From Phyllobates terribilis (Eukaryota): DNA of 64,000 bases. Of the stretch, positions 53,190 to 63,384 are shown piece by piece. Numbering within the stretch: position 1 is the first letter of the stretch; each line of letters starts with the position of its first letter. The notes under the pieces are model-generated. The model saw only the letters and a list, made by a program, of their open reading frames with translations, was not told the DNA's origin and searched no databases. The DNA is taken from contig NW_027362762.1 in NCBI RefSeq assembly GCF_046119375.1, positions 750,076,001 to 750,140,000 on the forward strand. The letters are read 5' to 3'. The position numbers were made by a program, and so were the translations under genes.

Positions 53190-55030
53190 GGGGATAGTCC
53201 GAGACCTCAATAAAGAGAAAAATGGGGGTGGCCAGAGAGCTCAGCCTTTGGGTCATTTGCCAAAGTCTGAGGTCTCTGGTATGTCTACCTATCTACTATA
53301 TAATTGTCTTATCCGGTCTGTCTGTCTGTCTGTCCAGGAAATCCCGCGTCGCTCATTGGTCTGGCAGCGGCCAATCAGCGCCACGGGATTTCAGAAAAAA
53401 GATGGCGGCCGTTAGCGGCTCATCTGCGGGACGGAGCTCAGCGGCGTTGCAGCCGGGAGATCGCGAGGCGCTCATCTCCCGGCCGGTACCAGTAGAAGGA
53501 CCCCGACCGCCGGACCCATCTGCGGGACGGAGATGCAGCCGGGAGATGAGCGGCGCGAGGCGCTCATGTCCCGGCCGGTAGCAGCGGAAGGACCGCCGGC
53601 GTCGCTGACATCCATGCGGAAGGGAGGACCGGGGAGCGGCTCTGCGGGTCGGAATACTTCTGCTGCGAGCGCCCGCTCATGTCCCGGGTTCTCGCAGCGG
53701 AAGTAACCGCACAGGCAGCGCCGCTCCCCGGTCCTCACCAAGACGATTCGATGATTGGTCGCGGTCTTCGGACCCGACCAATCACTGATCTTAGCGCTAA
53801 AGTTAAATACCGCCAATCAGCGATTTGGGGCCAAATTTAAATGCCGCTCTGCTAATTGCGCCCGGTCGGCCGCATACCTATTCTAGAATACCCGATGCGT
53901 TCGAATCGGGCCACCATCTAGTAATATATAATAAAGGTAGATGATGTTGAGCATGTCATGGCCTTGCATATTAGGTTCAGAGGAATATAGTTGGATTCTG
54001 CCCATGAATCTTCTGTCGATTGTCTAGAACATGATTTCACAATTGGAGGTGAAGTCCATCTTGATTGTAGCAAAAGATTATAGAATTCTTCAACCAGCAA
54101 GAGAGGGAAGCTTTACTTGCTTTGACCTTTATTTTTTTCATGGAATTGAAAAAAAAGATGTTCATCTTTTCTATTTTCTGAGGAATAAGAGGCAGGCTGG
54201 GAGAGGCATTCTTTAACTCTTTATAGGAAAAAGATGGAAGAACAATCTCTTGATTCACATTGTCAATCAAGAAAACTTTTGGGAGAAAACTAGATATAAT
54301 GGGAAGAACCAAACAGTCGTTAAGGACTTTCTACAGTACAAGGCTTGAATCTCACTGACCCTTCTTGCTGATGGCCATTAAAAACAAGGTTTTCCAGGTT
54401 AGAAATTTTAAGCTACTTTCCGATAGAGGCTCAATGACTTTTCCAGAACTCCTAAAACTAGAGAAAGATCTCATGAAAGAACTGGCAGATAAATGTTAAG
54501 TCTCATAGGCTGAAGGCTGAGGCATGCATTGTGAGTATCATCTTCCAAAAGGGACTTAGAGATAGGCAACAGGATAGGTGCTCTTCCTGTAACCACCACT
54601 TCAGGTGCTGTATGCTCACTGGAGAAATTAGAAAATGGCTATCCAATGAACTCAGAGACTTGTTTCATGAAAGAAGAATGTTGCTCTGGAGACTGTGAAT
54701 GTGAGCGCAAGCCCAAGGAACCACATGCACATAAGAGGCTGACCTCACTGTTGTGTGAGGATGGTGATCTTCTGAACCTGGACAGCAGATAGTCTCACAT
54801 ACATCTGTTGTGAATCCAGGATGCACCCCAAGAACTGGATTGTTTGAGAGTTGCAATTTTTTTTCCAGTTGATTAAAAATGCTGTTGCACAAGATCTAAA
54901 GACAAGATGAGTGATCAATGGATGTTCTATGGGAGCTTTGAAGAGCCAATCTTTTAGACATGGAATGATTGTGACACATTTCAGTATGAGTGCTGCAGAG
55001 AGGACCATCCCCAACTTTCCATTTTGCAAA
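53190..55030 (-). mobile_element. Second decayed DIRS-like retrotransposon (RT/YR remnants) interrupted by a Helitron
   Basis: Minus-strand QFLGCILDS, WKTLFLMAI..ARRVSEIQAL, FLPKV...NQEIVLPSF, SWAE..IPLNLICKAMTCS; C-terminus continues across the Helitron (YR.DI...DFGK). Confidence 0.7.
53292..53921 (+). mobile_element. 630-bp non-autonomous Helitron
   Basis: A|TCTACTATATAA 5' end; CCCGAT-loop-ATCGGG hairpin then CTAG|T 3' end; no target duplication; GC/CpG-rich interior. Confidence 0.85.
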
Positions 55031-55196
55031 ATGTATTGAATTGATTAACATATTCTATCACTTCTGGACGCATACAATTATTCATGCATACAGCAACCTT
55101 CTATATACACTTTCTTTTGTACTTCTGGGAGGCTTCCCAAAACACGTTTGCATAGTGAATAGTACTCAGGGCTGCACGGTAAATAGTACCAAGACA

Positions 55197-55443
55197 GAAT
55201 GGTGGCTCAATAGTTAGCATAGCTACTTTGCATCAGGTCTGGGGTCCTGGGTTCAAATTCCACCAAGGAACATCTGCAAGGAGTTTGTATGTTCTCCCCG
55301 TGTTTGCGTGAGTTTCCTCCCACACTGTAAAGACATACTGATAGGAGATCTAGATTGTGACCCCCAATGGGGACAGTGATAATGTCTGTAAGGTGCTGCA
55401 GAATATGATGGTGCTATGTAAGTAAGCATAACAAATAAAAAAG
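55197..55443 (+). mobile_element. Second copy of the tRNA-derived SINE
   Basis: TGGCTCAATAGTTAGC ... GGTTCAAATTCC ... same core as 22943-23210; A-rich tail. Confidence 0.8.
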
Positions 55444-56322
55444 TACCCTACACTCAGCAATAACCTACTTTTATTTGCCCAAAGCAAAGTTTTGGCTGCA
55501 ACAGCCTTTTTCAAGCATGGCAGCCGAATCTAAAATCAATTAATATCTGTGTACCTCAAACATCTTTCATAGTTTGTTACCATATGATTTTGAACACAAA
55601 TAACCATCTGTACATAAATGTGCCTCGATGTAGACATCAATAGCTAGTGAAAGAGACTTGCATGTGTCATAAGAATAGTTATCCGTGACGATGGCAGGTA
55701 AATCATTAACCGTAAGGCGTAACTGAACTGCATGCATATAAGAACAATATCTTGCATGACGTCCTGCTGCTGTTCGGTATCTGGATCATCTCATTGCATT
55801 AGCCTTGTTCCTCTGTGACATGACTCACAGCACAGGACTGCAGGTAACGTCACTGTGTTCGCACAGCAACCTGTCTAATGCTCAACACCTTGAGGTTGGC
55901 ACCTTTGATGACGGTAGCCGCCCAATCTTACAGTTTACCGTATGTAATCATGTATGTATGGGAGACTCCTGCAAACATGGCAACCATCATTGTACTGGAT
56001 CAACACATTAGTTACACCTGAGGGTTAATGATTAATCTCTTATTTCCATGGATATTTAGTCTCATGACATATTCAGGTTTGTTTCACAATCCTTGCTCTA
56101 TACTATTTGTGCACAGTTATGTACAGATTGTTACCACGCAATTTTGAACACAAATGACAACCTATGAAAGATGTTTCTAATATACTGATATGTCTATTGA
56201 TTGACTGTGCTTAATTCATGATTGTACAGATCTGACTAGAACGGTGTCGCTGAAGGTGCAAACAATCGCGACAGGCCAGTGGTTGCACGACTGGGAATTA
56301 AAACCAGTGGCAGACGGCCTAA

Positions 56323-56720
56323 GTGCTCATTCAGACGTCTGTGTTTATTCACATACGCAATGAATGAGTGTGATCAGAGGTTTCGGATCTGAGTCCATTT
56401 GTCAGTTCTTACCATCAGTGATTTTTTCATATGGATAAATTAATTACAAAGCTTCTCCTATACATTACAATGTTAATCACGGACAGAACACGGATCATAC
56501 AATGATGCCATCCATGTGCTGTCGGTGATTTTTGCCCATAGCCTTGTATTGGTACTTTTCATCCTTCATGCCAGTAAAAAACAGACATGTGTCAATGATT
56601 TATAAAGGGTCAAAAAACACAAACATGTGAACAGCCCCATAGACTATAATGGATACGTATTCTATCCCTATAAAACAATGAGAGAGCATGTACGCGACTC
56701 ACAGATGTCTGAATGAGGCC
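56323..56720. mobile_element. Harbinger-like MITE
   Basis: taa|GTGCTCATTCAGACGTCTG ... CAGATGTCTGAATGAGGCC|taa. Confidence 0.7.
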
Positions 56721-57097
56721 TAAAAGAGTCTGAATAGTACACTGCTGCCAGGCAAGATAAAGGTTCCTTTTGTGGCTGAAATTTTTGCCTTGAGTGAATA
56801 AAACTTTTGAGGTGCTGCCTCTGCTTTTGGATTTATATTATTTGGCTGGCAACATTATTGTATCTAGTGGTTTTCTCATACTGCTACTTTGTTAGGTGAA
56901 GTTTTGACGACATACCGTTTGTGTATGTACAGTATATATATCCTTATCCCTACAGTTAAAATGCATGACAAGTAGTGGCTGTTACACAAGTATAACGGAA
57001 CAGACTTGGAATTGGCAGAAGTAAGTATAATATATTTATTTATAGCAGCTGGACTTTCTAGGGTTAAAATATATTTTAATCGAGACTAGCCACTTAA

Positions 57098-57521
57098 AGC
57101 ACCACTCCAGTGTTTTTTTTTTATTGCAGCCCCGAAGTGGTGCCACTAATCTAAGTTCTCTGCCCCCAATCTTATACTTACCAACCGCCGTCTTCTTCTG
57201 TTGTCAGCGCCACTCCAGTCGGCCTCCAGCAGTTTGTGACCTGCTGGATCTCTCCAGTGTTTGCTGGGTTGCCGGAAGTCATTCCTCAGTGTAAGTCTAT
57301 GGGAGCCAGAACGAGGGTCTCAGAGACTTACATTCAGAGTTTGCATCTGTTACCTCTGACTTCCGGTCAGTCAGAAGTTGCAGTCACAAGATGGCGGCCC
57401 AGAGCTGCGTCGGTAATAGCTGAACATGGCGGCTGGTAAGTATAATACCCTAGGGTCAGGGACCTTACGTTAGTGCCTCCACTCCAGCGCTGAAATAAAA
57501 AAAAACCTCTGCGGTCGTGTT
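57098..57521. mobile_element. TTAA-flanked (Kolobok-like) MITE
   Basis: ttaa|AGCACCACTCCAG left end; degenerate right end before TTAA; internal inverted repeats. Confidence 0.55.
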
Positions 57522-58995
57522 TTAAGTATTAGCTTGGGCTGTATTATAAAGTATGAGATCCTGCGCATCGCAGACATGTATCTAAAATATAATTGACACT
57601 ACATTACATGTAAGAGAGAAATTGCAGTGGGCACAACATAAATATGTATGGAGTGTCAGTCAAGCACATAAAAGTAACCAATGGAAAACAAAAAGTATAT
57701 GCAAAAGGAGGACTGCACATCCTAAAAAATGAAACACATCCCTAGCACCTTCCCCATATGGGTTGTGACTTATATGTTGTGGATATATGTTTTTAATGCT
57801 TTTTCAATAAAATTCCAATTTTTAAGGGATCCTGGAAGCTGGATTTTTTCCACAATTGAATGAGAAAGAATAGACCATGTCCTCAAGCCAAAATACTGTG
57901 TACAGATATGTAGTTGGAACACGCAAATATCAAAAAACAATATTCCCAATAATGATAATGTAATACTATTCAAAAAATATTTGAAGAGTGGGTGTGTAAT
58001 AAATCTGATGTTTCAAAGCATGCAAGGGATGAAGAGAGAATAAGAAAAAAAAAGCCGCTAGAGGTATGTAGTGGCAACAGTGATATTGGTCTAGATAGAA
58101 AAACTATGCATGGAGGAAAAGTAAAGTAAGGAAACATTGTAAATAATAGTGACATAAAGCCATAGGCAGAAAAAAGAAAATAAAAGAGCAAATTTAGTCA
58201 GCCATATCTGGAGATGAGGTGGACAGAGAGACCCGCCAGTGTCGGAATGGGGAGCCAAGGGCCACCAGTAACCAACTCCAGGACCCCACTTTTCAGCTAC
58301 ATGCAAATGTGATGTTATCCTCGATCACAAATGTATATAACAATGAACTGGGTAGATTGTTGAATGAATAATATGCTGCCTTTGTCTGTACAAAGTGATT
58401 CAACTATATTGGGCAAAGTGCTGTTCATATAAGAGGGTGGTGGCCCACTCTTGAACAGGGGCCCACCAGAGGATTCTCCTGTGGGCAGTCCAAGCCTGGG
58501 CCCGACACATATCACCACACACAGCAACTTCATTCTGCTGATGATGGCGCATTTATTTATTCAAAGAAAGTAAGTGATACCAGATAGTCAGATTAAGTTC
58601 CCGCAATGAGTTTTTGATGATGCTTATTTTCAGAAGGCAAAAAAAACACAGCGTCTTACAGTTGCAGCAAAGTGGATAGGATTTTAGGATTTATAGAAAT
58701 GTCATGCCTAATGTTTTTTTTTTTTATGCAATATAAACTGCCCTGTGGTGCATGTTTGAAATCCACAACATCTCAATTTCGTTTGTGAGTATGCTGAGTT
58801 TTATAGTGAGGAGTTTCTCCATAGAATAGCATTAGATTTGGAAAATCTGCAAATAAAAAATGCGTATGCATTTTTAGAACATTTTAGCTTTGGAAACACA
58901 TCAAAAATACATGTAATCCGCACATGACTGTATCAATAAAGTTTTGTCAAAGACAAATACCAGGAAGTATCAAAAACAAAAGCAGTTTTCTTTAA

Positions 58996-60602
58996 CCCTC
59001 CGTCACATACAATATCGGTTCTAACGAGTTCACATACAATGTGACTTGTCAGGCACAGGCTAGAAAAATACCTATAATATCTAATGTTTGCAATTTCAGT
59101 GCTCTAAAAGTGATCAGTGACCTTCATAGGGATGTAATAAAAGAGACTACACATAATCAGGTGCAAAAAAAAAAAACATTTACTTAACATAAAACTAATA
59201 ACTCTGAAATACAAACATTTCAAAACTCCCGCCAAATAGTCCCCAGTTCGACTCTGTCAAAAAACTCTACAAAGAAAATTTATGGAAACAAACTTAATTT
59301 TAAGGTACCTTAAGTACTATTAAACACATATTCAATCAGAATTAGATCCTGAAGTTTCCCCAGAAAAATTACACTTGCAGAGCAAAGAGCAAGAATTACA
59401 CATCATTTTTGCATGTGTCAGGCAGATTGCATTATGACATTTGTGACATTCATAATTAGAAAGCCTTCTGATTCCGCTTTCCGTGGTACAGGAGGTGCAT
59501 CTCCTTCTTTTGGGAGGTGGTGCAGGTGGTGAATTTTCACTATCATCTTCTGGGCGGAATCTTTTGAGCTGAACTTGAAGGCGAGAGGGGATACCGATTG
59601 TTTTCATACTTCTCCTGCGTAGCTCTCCAAGCACTAGTTCATGGGCCAATTTTTTCAGATAGAATCGTCTAAGGAGAGGTTCAAGCTTGTTTTTAAGGTA
59701 AATGACTTGTGAATTTATACCACCCAAATTCAACATAGCAAAAAATATGACCATTGGCCAGCGTTTGGTGTTTCTGCTGACGTTGAAAGTTGAGCACATC
59801 TGATCAGCAGTATCAACACCCCCTTTGGTTGCATTATAAAATGTAATTATCTCCGGGGTTTTTTGTGCTTCAGTCCCAGGATCGATGGCATCATCATCAT
59901 GAAGTGTTGATAGAAGAAGTACAATTTTTTTTGCTTGTGGTACATAGGAAACCAAAACCTTTCCATTATGGAATGCAAACATACTGCTGTACTGTTGTCT
60001 CCCTTTCACACTTACAAACTGTGTAGGCAATTCTTTTTTATTTTTTCTTACCGTTCTTACATATGAAAGCTTCTGCATTTTCAGATAATCAATCAGATCA
60101 CAATTTGAAAACCAATTGTCAGCTGTTATATTGCGACCCGATCCAAATAAGGGCTCAGCCAGTCTTTTTACAACATCACTGGGTTTGTTGCTGACACAGT
60201 AAGGACCTTCTGGTTGTTTTCCTGCATAAACTTCCAGATTGTAAGTGTAGGTCTTACTGGCATCAACAAGGGCATACATTTTTATTCCATATTTGTTAGG
60301 CTTTGATGGAATATATTGCCGAAAGGCACATTTACCACGAAAACCAGGGAGCATTTCGTCAATAGTGAGATTCTCCCCAGGGCAATAGCTTTTTTTACAG
60401 TTTTCAACAAATTTTTGGAATATATCACGAATTAGAGCAAGTCGGTCATGTGTTTTACGTTCGGTTCGGGTAGTTCTGTCGTCAAGCCGAAGGCAACGAA
60501 TTAGAAGCTTGAATCTGTTTATGGACATAACAAGGCCAAATTTTTCAACTCCATCCCCATCTTTACTCCAAAGTTCCTCCAAACTTTGTCTATTTGCCCG
60601 GG
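58996..60602 (-). mobile_element. 5'-truncated piggyBac transposon (3' end with TIR retained)
   Basis: ttaa|CCCTCCGTCACATAC terminus with repeated CACATACAAT subterminal motif; carries a long transposase ORF. Confidence 0.9.
59332..60602 (-). CDS. piggyBac (PGBD-like) transposase, N-terminally truncated, open to its stop
   Basis: TIDEML, FRQYIPSKPNKYGIK, TADNWF, KGGVDTADQM (DDD triad) and a C-terminal Cys-rich domain; no internal stops over ~420 codons; first in-frame ATG at 60528 (398 aa). Confidence 0.85.
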
Positions 60603-61066
60603 TGCTGTCCCGCACTCGCCGTACCCCCTGGGATCCCTTCTTTAGATCGGAGCCAACTCCTCTGCTTCCCTCCTGGGCCTCTAGGACTGGGCCCTACTTA
60701 TGGAGCAGAGCTCCTAAAGAGACTCTGCTCCCTGACTGACTTCTCCCACTTACTAACCTGTTCTGCCACCCTAAGATGGCTTCCCTTTATATACCTACTT
60801 CTCTGGTGCTCCCCTAAACTGCTTCCTCCACCAACACCCACTACTGGTTCCCCCTACCTTTGGGTTCCCCCTACTCCAGCCAGGGACAGGGCTCAGCAGG
60901 AAAACACATTGCATCTTGCCCTTCCAGCCGGCCTGGAGCAGTGTAGTGTTGTATGCAGGTGTTGGGGTTCCGGGCAGCACTCCCTCCTTACCTGAGAGAA
61001 GGAGACACCACACCTCTGGGTGAGATGCAGTACCTCTGTGGCGACTGAACCCTCAGGGGCGCCACA
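60603..61066 (-). mobile_element. LTR-like segment (solo or truncated LTR, probably Gypsy-type)
   Basis: Minus strand begins TGTGGCGCCCC and contains TATATAAA (plus 60786-60793); no coding motifs; flanks do not match. Confidence 0.5.
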
Positions 61067-62308
61067 TGATCACCTAACAATCAAGCGTTTCATGGCAAAT
61101 AGCCAACTGGGTTGCAAGAAGCGTGTTAGCCAAAAAAGGCGCAAAATAACTGCCCATGAATTGAGGAAAATCAAGCGTGAAGCTGCCAAGATGCCATTCG
61201 CCACCAGTTTTGCCATATTTCAGAGCTGCAACGTTACTGGAGTATCAAAAAGCTCAAAGTGTGCAATACTCAGGGACATTGCCAAGGTAAGGAAGGCTGA
61301 AAAACGACCACCTTTGAACAAGAAACATAAGATAAAACGTCAAGAATGGGCCAAGAAATATCTTAAGACTGATTTTTCAAAGGTTTTATGGACTGATGAA
61401 ATGAGAGTGACTCTTGATGGGCCAGATGGATGGGCCAGAGGCTGGATCAGTAAAGGGCAGAGAGCTCCACTCCGACTCAGACGCCAGCAAAGTGGAGGTG
61501 GGGTACTGGTATGGGCTGGTATCATCAAAGATGAACTTGTGGGACCTTCTTGGGTTGAGGATGGAGTGAAGCTCAACTCCCAGACCTACTGCCAGTTTCT
61601 GGAAGACAACTTCTTCAAGCAGTGGTACAGAAAGAAGTCGGTATCGTTCAAGAAAAACATGATTTTCATGCAGGACAATGCTCCATCACATGCATCCAAC
61701 TACTCCACAGCGTGGCTGGCCAGTAAAGGTCTAAGAGAAGAAAAAATAATGACATGGCCCCCTTGTTCACCTGATCTGAACCCCATAGAGAACCTGTGGT
61801 CCATCATAAAATGTGAGATCTACAGGGAGGGAAAACAGTACACCTCTCGGAACAGTGTCTGGGAGGCTGTGGTGGCTGCTGCACGCAATGTTGATCGAAA
61901 ACAGATCAAGCAACTGACAATCTATGGATGGAAGGCTGTTGAGTGTCATCATAAAGAAAGGTGGCTATATTGATCACTAATTTTTGGGGTTTTTGTTTTT
62001 GCATGTCAGAAATGTTTATTTCTAAATTTTGTGCACTGATATTGGTTTACCTGGTGAAAATAAACAAGTGAGATGGGATTATATTTGGTTTTTATTAAGT
62101 TGCCTAATAATTCTGCACAGTAATTGTTACCTGCACAAACAGATACCCTCCTAAGATAGCCAAATCTAAAAAAAAACCCACTCCAACTTCCAAAAATATT
62201 AAGCTTGGATATTTATGAGTCTTGTGGGTTGATTGAGAACATAGTTGTTGATCAATAATAAAAATAATCCTCTAAAATACAACTTGCCTAATAATACTTC
62301 ACACAGTG
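61067..62308 (+). mobile_element. 5'-truncated Tc1-like DD37E (TRT-like) transposon
   Basis: 3' end TTGCCTAATAATACTTCACACAGTG|ta with an inner copy GTTGCCTAATAATTCTGCACAG at ~62099; contains a transposase ORF. Confidence 0.88.
61092..61973 (+). CDS. Tc1-like transposase, N-truncated, with a C-terminal frameshift
   Basis: KVLWTDE, FMQDNAPSH, WPPCSPDLNPIENLW; 37 residues between the second D and E; frameshift near 61920 (alternative frame SMDGRLLSVIIKKGGYIDH*). Confidence 0.8.
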   Translation: MANSQLGCKKRVSQKRRKITAHELRKIKREAAKMPFATSFAIFQSCNVTGVSKSSKCAILRDIAKVRKAEKRPPLNKKHKIKRQEWAKKYLKTDFSKVLWTDEMRVTLDGPDGWARGWISKGQRAPLRLRRQQSGGGVLVWAGIIKDELVGPSWVEDGVKLNSQTYCQFLEDNFFKQWYRKKSVSFKKNMIFMQDNAPSHASNYSTAWLASKGLREEKIMTWPPCSPDLNPIENLWSIIKCEIYREGKQYTSRNSVWEAVVAAARNVDRKQIKQLTIYGWKAVECHHKERWLY

Positions 62309-63384
62309 TAGTAAGAAAATTTTATTTGTATGGACGAGCCCTGCAACATAAAGTTACCCACTAGATGGCGGTAATGCACAGCGGAGTGCTAGATGCTGAG
62401 GATGCTAATCACCATGACGTCTTCGCTCTGGTACGTCACGTGGGCTTGTGCCCCTCAGCTGCCTGCAGCAGTAGCAAAATCAGCTGGAGGATGAGGGATG
62501 CGCATGGAGGCAAAGTAACAGGGACTATCTTCTGCCTGAGTAACCTGCACTCTGCACAGTGAGTATGATATACTATAGTTTTTACCCTTGAACATGTTTT
62601 TAGCCGTGTGCTCCTCTAATAATGTATACTCTAATTTACAGACTTCTTATCCTAAGGGTTTAGCCAAGGATAAGTGTTCAAAATGCAAGGAAAAAACAAC
62701 AGCAATGACACTAAAAAGAATACATGTATATGTCGTGTACGGGGGTAAATTGGATAAGACCGACCGACAGTCATTTCAATTTAAGGGGCGAACGTTATGT
62801 CGCCGTAATGTAATCAGCCGACTGGTCGTTACTATGTCTTCTGTGTCTTTGCCTTTGTTGTCTCACATGATGCTACTGTCAGTTCTCCTGTCTTAAAGTT
62901 TTGTTTTATGTAGGGGAAGTGACACCCCCGGTGTTCTCAGTGTTCTGTAAAGTCTTATGTGTCAGCAAATAGACCGCCCTGGTCATGTAGGACACAGAGT
63001 TCTGTCACAGGCAACATTTACCCACGTCAGACGTTTACTGTACGCACTGCTAGTTAGTGTATACTGTGGGGAATGTCAGGCGTCATTTCACATTTATCTT
63101 AAAGTATAGAGTTAGCTCTGCAGGGATTTACCACATGAAATGTAAGACCCCGTGCACACCTTCAGTATTTGGTGAGTTGTTTACCTCAGTATTTGTTAGA
63201 AAAACCAGGAGAGGAACAATCAGAGGGAAAGTATAATAGAAACACGTCTTGACTTACAAATACTGATGTAAAAACTCTCCAAATACTGAACGTGTGAACG
63301 TGGTCTAAAAGTTGCTATTGCTTCTTCCTTAACATCATTTTAAAAGTAGAGATATGCGAATTTTTGAAATCATGCATTCTAATT

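Noticed and set aside
53292-53921. CpG island or first exon of a downstream gene (ORFs 53222-53581 and 53472-53816)
   Set aside because: Bounded by Helitron termini and interrupts a DIRS remnant; the ORFs are low-complexity products of GC-rich sequence.
61020-61091. LTR-Tc1 fusion protein starting at GTG 61020
   Set aside because: Non-ATG start, antisense to the LTR's TATA orientation; frame continuity over ~15 codons is expected by chance.
62588-62896. 102-aa ORF as a novel gene
   Set aside because: TTG start, no recognisable domain, and no convincing exon structure.
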